Shown here: positions 20,706 to 28,162 of the stretch, piece after piece
How the letters are laid out: the number at the start of each line of letters is the position of its first letter
Numbering within the stretch: the stretch's first letter is position 1
Assembly (NCBI GenBank): GCA_002269645.1
Contig: NIVC01005033.1
Span: 1-28,162, forward strand
DNA from: Macrostomum lignano
Taxonomy: Eukaryota
DNA length: 28,162 nt
Reading direction: 5' to 3'
Position numbers and translations under genes: made by a program
The notes under the pieces: generated by a model
What the model saw: only the letters and a program-made list of their open reading frames with translations
Databases searched by the model: none
Told to the model about the DNA's origin: nothing

Positions 20706-22350
20706 TCAAAATAACGAGCGCATTATCCCCTCAATTCTTCTGCGACAAACCAAGGCATTCGGCTCTGGAACGACCGAACGAGACAGCTCAATGATGGCAA
20801 GAGCAACAACTATGCCCATTGAGGTTGCAGCGAATGCGCCGAAGTACACTTTGTCAGTGCCGGTGACGACGGCGGCCCAGTCGTTGGTCGTTTTCGGTTG
20901 GACAGTCATCCGGCTGGGTGATTCCGCTGGGTGCTGCTGCGACTTCGGACTCAGCGTAACAGCTACTGAGCCCTTTGCACGCGGGCTGCCTTTCTGCACA
21001 AGCCGGTTGAGAAAGAGAGCGCGGATTAGCTGGTTGCTGACGCGAGCGCTGCTGTGCTGCTTAAAGTGGCAGCTGATGACGAATGCGTTGCAGAGGACGT
21101 TCAGAATCGTCATGAGCACGGCCAAACTGAAGTATAGGGCTGCAATTACATGTTAATGATTACCGTTAGTTCCTGATGGGAAAAATTTAATAACGCACAC
21201 GTGACTCACCGATGAGCGGCACGGACTCGCTCTGCGTAGGCGTGTAGTTGCCAGCCAGCTGCAGGAACACGCACATGGACAGCACGATGGTGATGCTGAA
21301 GGAGACTCGCTCGCCGCACTCGAGTGGCATGCGGAATGCGAGCGCAGAGATGACGAGGAGAAGGATGCTGGGCAGCATCAGGTTCACCACGTAGAATGTC
21401 GGCATCCTCTGAAAAAAATTGTTTCCCTGCGCTCAATCGGTGAATTTGAGTCCCCACTTACACCCGATGAGGAAATCTTACAGTGGACGATATTTTCAGT
21501 GCCGCAGCTTCAAATGTGATTTCTCCTCGCCAGACCAGCTTCGCATCCGTGATGCAGAACTCGTTGCTCTTGGAAATCTCGTCAGTTAGCGTCAGGTTTA
21601 GAAAGAAGTCCTTTGTGCGCAAACTTGATCGCACTGCTGGGCTATAATGAGCTGCCAGTTTGGACCTCGCAGGTCGGAACATCGTACGGAAGCCGAACAT
21701 GTGCATGCGGCGCTTCGATGTCACGACTAGCTGGGTGCCGCGAACCACCCAGCTTGAACTTTGCAGCACCACGATGACTCGCTCGTCGGAGACTCGCTTG
21801 TAGCTTAATCTGTAGTGGGAAAAAGTCTTTTATAGTATCCTATGCTTTAGTATATATATTAACAGAGAGTATGATTTCTCGAAAGTTTCAAACACATCAT
21901 AAAATGAGACATCGGGCTGCCAAAGCAGGTCTGCTGGGAGGAAAATCATGTCAGTGCCATCCAGACTGGAGTTGAATCGACCCAGCCAGGAAAGGCGGCT
22001 GTTCTTCCAATACTTAAATGGTACGTGAATTATTCAAAGGGGTAATTGATTGACAAAAATCAGTATACTCGTAAAAGAACACGATCTCCTGAGCTGCAGA
22101 GTCCTAAAATGATTGCGATGCAGTTTTAATTCAGAGACCAACAGACACAGGCTCCGCGAGGACCTGGTATTGACCTTCAACCGAAAGTCCTAATCAGTCT
22201 TACCACTTTAATACGGCTGCTCAGGTGCACGAAACCTGACCGTATTGGCTGTCCCATTGTCCGGCGGAGGCCGGATGGCGCTGTTGTACTCTGAGGCGAG
22301 CTTCAGCGTTGCCACCACCTCGGCGTCGGGCGATGCGGGCGAAGCAGAGG
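20706..22350 (-). pseudogene. Cys-loop ligand-gated cation channel subunit (nAChR/5-HT3-like) with a disrupted extracellular domain (exons ~22350-22204, from 22103, 22012-21894, 21809-21482, 21408-21210, 21139-20706)
   Basis: YNSAIRP, YWKNSRLSW, LWQPDV, split Cys-loop remnant MHMFGF/PYDVPTC, M1 RMPTFYVVNLMLPSILL, M2 CGERVSFSITIVLSMCVFL, SESVPLI, M3 and M4 (DKVYF). Several frame changes in the extracellular exons. The TM exons are clean. The 5' end is not resolved. Confidence 0.8.
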
Positions 22351-23482
22351 CGGCCGCATGGCTCCATGGCTCCTTCGATTGGTTGGACTCAGAAAGGGAA
22401 TAGATTGCCGCAGGCTTTTAAACGGCAATGCGGAAATATTTGCAGTTGAGGTGAGCATCCCCAATGAGACTTTTCTGGCAGCAACTGTGGCATCGAATTT
22501 CTCGACAAGAATCCTTGTTCTGCTCTCAGTGTTGTTTGCATAGCGCGAACGGGTCTGTTTGCTGCTCTCTCATGCTTGTCGAGCTATGCAAAGTCTCGCG
22601 GACGGGTCGCTTTCTTAGCGTGTATCGCCCTTGTCCTCTTGACAGGAGAAGCCATTCTAATCCAAAAAGTGCGACTGATATTCAGAGGGAGACAGCACTG
22701 TAAAAATATCCTAATGACACTACTGGAAGAAGTAAGGCTTGAATGAAACTGTGCAGATTGAGAGTATGGCAGACGTTTAAATGCATACAAACCGCATTTA
22801 CTTTTCCGTGGTAGCTCAACTCCGTGAATACGAGTAAGATTGTGCAGGACAGAAAGAAACTCAAGCTGAGAAGTTTTGGCATACAAAGCAACCCAGCCCT
22901 AAAAATAAGTGCTGTGCAAGAGTTGAAAACAAGTTCTAAAGATGCGCGCCGGCCTGACGCTCCCAACTCTGCCTCTCGTGTTTATTTTCAGGCAGGATCT
23001 TTTTTAAACTAAAAGAAGAATAGCCCAGCCCTCTGTCCCACTAAAGCTTGGCCGACGATAAAGCATCGCCTTTTTTAACGAGTTTTTTCGAGCTCTTCAG
23101 AGCTCTAGGGGCTCTGTTTGCTGTGACTACCTACGCAGGCACACTGTAGATAGCCTGCACTGCTCGGGCAATGGTGCTGCGCCAGGAGAGAGGCGAGCAG
23201 ATTTGTCAGTAGGCATTGTGTAGCGAGCGCTGGGCCCGGCCCCACAAATGAGAGGGAAGGGTGTTGTGCTGCTTCGATGCATTCGGAGCCCAAGTGCGCA
23301 TGGCAGCTGCAAAAACGCGTAAACACAAACAGACAAAAACTGCTTTTGACAACTGGTACAGTATATAATAAGGCTCATTTGAGCACTCGGCCCTGACAAT
23401 CGGCTGCTTGGACAGGACAAACTCAACTCTACTGACATCTCAATTTTCTAATAGAAGAAGACTAACCAACTATAAACTTGAA

Positions 23483-23978
23483 ATGTCTTCTCAGAAAACA
23501 AAGAAGTCTGTCAAAGATCTCGACATGAACCGGCGAGATCCGCAGGACGTGAACATCCACCTGCAGGTGAGTGAATCGAGTCAAGCACGAGAATGATTAG
23601 AAATCCGAGGAGTGCAATAAATCACTGCCGATTTGCTCACACAAGGTGGAGTTCGATGACATCCTGGCCGAGCCCGAGGGCGCCTACTCAATCAACTGCG
23701 TCTGGCGCTGCTCATACCGCTGCTACGAGTGCTGGAAGAACTGCTGGTACCGGACCCTCACTCTGCTCTGCGGCTGCTGCATCGCCGCCATGTGGGGCTG
23801 CCACTTCGCCGAGTTGGCCTTCTGCCACGTCTGGTGCTGCACGCCGTACCTGAAGAGCTACATCATGGACATCAAGATCATTCGCGAGATGAACGCGGCC
23901 TGTTACGACGCCTGCCTTGGCACCTGTTGCTCAGCCTGCGGCAACTGTTTCAGTAGAATCCGAGTGCAGCAGAACTGA
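23483..23978 (+). CDS. Caveolin family protein A, 138 aa, Cys-rich (exons 23483-23566, 23646-23978)
   Basis: RDPQDVNIHLQ-VEFDDILAEPEGAYS matches the caveolin signature (DP..IN.H.KV.FEDVIAEP). 79-nt GTGAGT...AAG intron in phase 0. Confidence 0.93.
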
Positions 23979-24483
23979 TATTGGCGATCTCGTGAACAGT
24001 TTAACCAGTTCCAGCTGTCCCTCTTCTGTTATGGTGGGCAGTGAAAGCTCGAGACTGAAGGCTAACCTGTGTATAGCTGGCATCCTAAAATACCTACTAA
24101 CACTTTTCTATTACTTACCAGGGGTACTGTACAACAAGAAACTACGAACGTATCATTTCTACGAATTTAACCCTGTCTAGCGAGAAATTGTGTACAAAAC
24201 AATTTCAATTTGTTTTTTATAAATATAGCTGGAACTATAGGCGATACTAACCGAATTATTATTTATATTATATTACTTAAACTTATCCGAGGCAAGGTGA
24301 AATACATTGACTTTTTTGGGTGTATTAACCCGTGATCGCATCTTGCTGAAAACTTTCTGCAACTGCAACAGTATCGCTTCAAGAGCTCTCGTTTAGAAGG
24401 ATGAATAAAACTTATTGATAGATTGAATTAAAATACTAAGATTTTATTAAGCGACTTGTAAATAACTCGTGGATCAAGGTATA

Positions 24484-25193
24484 AATGCACATTGCCTCGA
24501 CCCGGATCATCTGCAATGCACACTGCCTCAACCCGGATCATCTGCAATGCACACTGCCCCAACTCGAGTCATCTGCAATGCACACTGCTCCAACCCGGAT
24601 CATCTGCAATGCACACTGCCTCAACCCGGATCATCTGCAATGCACACTGCCTCAACCCGGATCATCTACAATGCACACTGCTCCAACCCGGATCATCTGC
24701 AATGCACACTGCCCCAACCCGGATCATCTGCAATGCACACTACCCCAACCCGGATCATCTGCAATGCACACTGCCTCAACCCGGATCATCTGCAATGCAC
24801 ACTGCTCCAACCCGGATCATCTGCAATGCACACTGCCCCAACCCGGATCATCTGCAATGCACACTGCCTCAACCCGGATCATCTGCAATGCACACTGCTC
24901 CAACCCGGATCATCTGCAATGCACACTGCTCCAACCCGGATCATCTGCAATGCACACTGCCTCAACCCGGATCATCTGCAATGCACACTGCCCCAACCCG
25001 GATCATCTGCAATGCACACTGCCTCAACCCGGATCATCTGCAATGCACACTGCTCCAACCCGGATCATCTGCAATGCACACTGCCCCAACCCGAATCATC
25101 TGCGATGCACACTGCCCCAACCCGGATCATCTGCAATGCACACTGTCCCAACCCCAATCATCTGCAATGCACACTGCCCCCCCGAATCATCTA
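24484..25193 (+). repeat. Minisatellite, 31-bp unit AACCCGGATCATCTGCAATGCACACTGCCYC, about 23 copies
   Basis: Visible tandem array. The 31-aa periodicity of the overlapping ORFs equals three units. Confidence 0.97.
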
Positions 25194-25530
25194 GATCGAG
25201 TGTTCGAATTTCAAAGCAAGCACCCTCTCTGAGCTTGCATGAAATTTAATGATACGTGAAGTACAAATTGCCGTACTTAGCTATAGGTTGGGTACTCGAT
25301 CTTGAAAGTATAAAAAATTTATTTTCTGCACAGAAATCCGCTGGCTCAGAGTGCCACTAAAGCACGGGCGCGATTGTCAGGTGCAGATTAAGATGGCAGT
25401 AAAAAAACAATTATTAAGAATAGATTTGAGAGATTTGGCCATTCGCGGTGCAGGCTATGCAGCTTATTTTAACAACAGCGGGTCAGCTGGAATGTTCAAT
25501 GGTGAATTTTGCACAAAACGTCAGAGACCA

Positions 25531-26010
25531 TCAGTTCTGCTGCACTCGGACTCTGCTCAAAAAGTTGCCGCAGGCTGAGCAACAGGTGCCAAGGCAGGCG
25601 TCGTAGCAGGCCGTGTTGATCTCGCGGACGATCTTGATGTCCATGATGTAGCTCTTCAGGTGCGGCGTGCAGCACCAGACGTGGCAGAAGGCCATCTCGG
25701 CGAAGTGGCAGCCCCACATGGCGGCGATGCAGCAGCCGCAGAGCAGAGTGAGGGTCCGGTACCAGCAGTTCTTCCAGCACTCGTAGCAGCGGTATGAGCA
25801 GCGCCAGATGCAGTCGATGGAATGCGCGCCCTCCGGCTCGGCGAGGACGTCATCGAATTCCACCTGCAATTGAAGCGTTTGTTAAACTGTTTGAGTCCAA
25901 TAAATCTTTTGATACTCCCCCCGATTTTCGCCACTCGCCTGCAGGTGGATGTTCACGTCCTGCGGATCCCGCCGGTCCATGTCGAGATTCTTCTTCTCCT
26001 TCGAAGACAT
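25531..26010 (-). CDS. Caveolin family protein B, 134 aa, Cys-rich (exons 26010-25939, 25863-25531; GC-AG intron)
   Basis: MSSKEKKNLDMDRRDPQDVNIHLQ-VEFDDVLAEPEGAHS. Paralog of 23483-23978 with the intron at the same position. Donor is CAG|GCGAGT. Confidence 0.92.
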
Positions 26011-26575
26011 GCTGGAGTTTTGGGTAGCAGTTGTAAACTAACGAGCTTCTTCGGCGCTTTGAGCACTCGGTTTGAGAAGAGACTCGGTGCTCTGGCTGCT
26101 GAGTTTGTGCCCCCTAATATCATAGAAGAGCACACTCTGTCTTGCGAAGGAGTGGGGCAGGGCCAGAACTGTTGTTTACCCCCAGCCTCCTGCTGTATCC
26201 ATAGCAAAATAGTGCGGCTCAGCCGATGGGTAGGAGGCTCACAGCAGCCCTCACACTTCTCTTCTTTGCAACGCTCGCTCTCAAGCCAGTCTCAAGTCCC
26301 ACGACCTCCTGCTATCACTTTTAGACGCTTTAGTAGAGAAAAAAAACATTTCATTACTCGACAGCTGACAGGGTCGCCATTTTTTAATGCTCGGTGGCAA
26401 GAGCAGCGCGCAGTCTGCTCTCAGGCCAGCGGGTGGTCAGGAAAACTAGTCGCAAGATGAAGATGCTCGGTGCGCCCGAACTATACTGTAGATACTGTAC
26501 GGAGCACTCAAGTGCTCTTTCACATTCTAAACCAATTGTAAACAAGTTGTTATGCTTACCTGTAAGCTCCATTTT

Positions 26576-27105
26576 TCTGCTTCTTCATCAGTCTGCTTTT
26601 TCACCAATCTGCTTCTTCATTAATCTGCTTCTTCATCAATCTGCTTCTTCATTAATCTGCTTCTTCATTAATCTGCTTCTTCATTAATCTGCTTCTTCAT
26701 CAATCTGCTTCTTAATTATTCTGCTTCTTCATTAATCTGCTTCTTCATCAATCTGATTCTTCATTAATCTGCTTCTTCATTAATCTGCTTCTTCATCAAT
26801 CTGCTTCTTCATCAATCTGCTTCTTTATCAATCTGCTTCTTCATTAATATGCTTCTTCATCAATCTGCTTATTCATCAATCTGCTTCTTTATCAATCTGC
26901 TTTTTCACCAGTCTGTTTCTTTACCAATCTGCTTCTTCACCAGTCTGCTTCCTTATCAGTCTGCTTCTCATCAATCTGCCTCTTCATCAATCTGCTTCTT
27001 CACCAATCTGCTTCTTCACCAGTCTGCTTCTTCACCAATCTGCTTCTTCACCAGTCTGCTTCTTCACTAATCTGCTTCTTCACCAGTCTGCTGCTTCTTC
27101 ATCAG
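26576..27105 (+). repeat. Minisatellite, 16-bp unit AATCTGCTTCTTCAYY, about 33 copies
   Basis: Visible tandem array. Confidence 0.95.
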
Positions 27106-27512
27106 TCTTGTACGGGCAGAGTCTATGCCATGCTTTCTTTACCTCGCATATGTATCAAATCTCGTTTTGTTTGACTAAAGACTCATTAAACTGTCAAAAG
27201 CGACACTGGTTTTATTGATCAAGGAGGGACTCTTCAAAGGTGCAAAGGCGCTCTGGTTTCCAATTAAGACATTTATAAAGCACTGCATTCCAAAATCACC
27301 AATTAAGCCAAGCAAGAACGCAATTGCAACAGATTGCAAATCTGGTGCTATCGGCTGCGCACTAAGAATGAATTAAGTCCAAGTGTAATTGCTTTGATAA
27401 GGAAAGTAGTCAACTAAAGGCTATAAAGCATTAGAGGTTGTTCGACTGGTTAATTTTATTTCTGAATAATGTATAGCTATAAAGACAGCCTGTTGTCAGG
27501 AGTGTCCGGCAT

Positions 27513-27936
27513 CTACCAGCCGTCAATGCAGCCCACATTGCCAGCCTGCACGTCGTTCCTGGCGTTCTTCTGCAGCACTTTGCCCTCCTCGTCAACCACC
27601 ACCAGGCAGGGATGCCGCTGACGCCGTACTGCTCGGAGAGGCCCTTGCGCTCCTCGGCGTCAAAGGGCACCACATAGTAGTCTCCGTGCGACTCGTTCAT
27701 GTAGCTCCACATGGAGGCCTCGTCGCGGTCGCACGACACGAACACGCACTCCACGGCCTTGTTGGCAGCCTTGGCCTCGGCGTAGAACTTGGCCAGCACC
27801 GGGGTGAAGCTGCGGCAAGGCGGGCACCAGTGCGCGGAGAAGTACAGCATGATCTTCTTGCCCGGTAGCAGATCTTTGCCGGAGATTCCTTCTTCTCCTT
27901 GTTCAGCAGCGTCAGGTCGATGGGCTTGATCGGCAT
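27513..27936 (-). CDS. Single-domain nucleoredoxin/tryparedoxin-like thioredoxin (~141 aa after restoring two missing bases)
   Basis: GKKIMLYFSAHWCPPCRSFTPVL...CVFVSCDRDE...YGVSGIP. Adding one base at 27886-27887 and one at 27609-27611 gives MPIKPIDLTLLNKEKKEISGKDLL... and ...GIPCLVVVDEEGKVLQKNARNDV...GW*. Confidence 0.88.
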
Positions 27937-28162
27937 CCTGTTTGAGCGGATTTCCAGGCTTTTCAGGGAGGCAGGTGAGGAGCAGGAGAGATTCCAAGGC
28001 GGCTGTGTCCAGTCCCGACAGTTCAACAATATATTATGCCAGACAAGCGAGGGAAGAGTTGCCATTGGTAACAAACTGCCGAGAGGGGTATGCAGGCTGT
28101 ACGCCCAATGTACATTTGGACTGATGGGGGAGAGGGAGGGACAGAGAATGCAGAGTACGTAC

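Noticed and set aside
16885-26010. CHMP4 plus caveolins as a membrane-remodelling gene cluster, and PRXL2C plus the thioredoxin as a redox cluster
   Set aside because: The genes have mixed orientations with unrelated genes between them. Proximity alone in an animal genome does not support a system.

Overview
This is eukaryotic (animal) genomic DNA, with spliceosomal introns, GC-rich coding exons and many minisatellites. The overall style suggests a free-living flatworm such as Macrostomum, but that is inference only. I found no rRNA, tRNA or CRISPR array. Genes I could reconstruct by hand, in order: a 45-aa two-exon secreted prepropeptide missed by the ORF track; a PAN/Apple + C-type lectin; a disrupted PAN + ALK/LTK-type glycine-rich-domain gene; PRXL2C/AAED1; a possible orphan gene; CHMP4/Snf7; a frameshifted nAChR-like Cys-loop channel; two convergent Cys-rich caveolins; and a nucleoredoxin/tryparedoxin-like thioredoxin. 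Mobile DNA comprises a 5'-truncated LINE with a 13-bp TSD and a ~500-bp MITE. There are five large minisatellites (32, 39, 21, 31 and 16 bp units). The most notable signals are the hidden peptide gene, a sharply bounded homogenised tract between the inverted caveolins (one has a GC-AG intron), nearly CpG-free first coding introns in the two housekeeping genes, and related minisatellites abutting the last 3' splice site of both of those genes. Several frameshifts fall in homopolymers, so assembly error must be excluded before calling pseudogenes.
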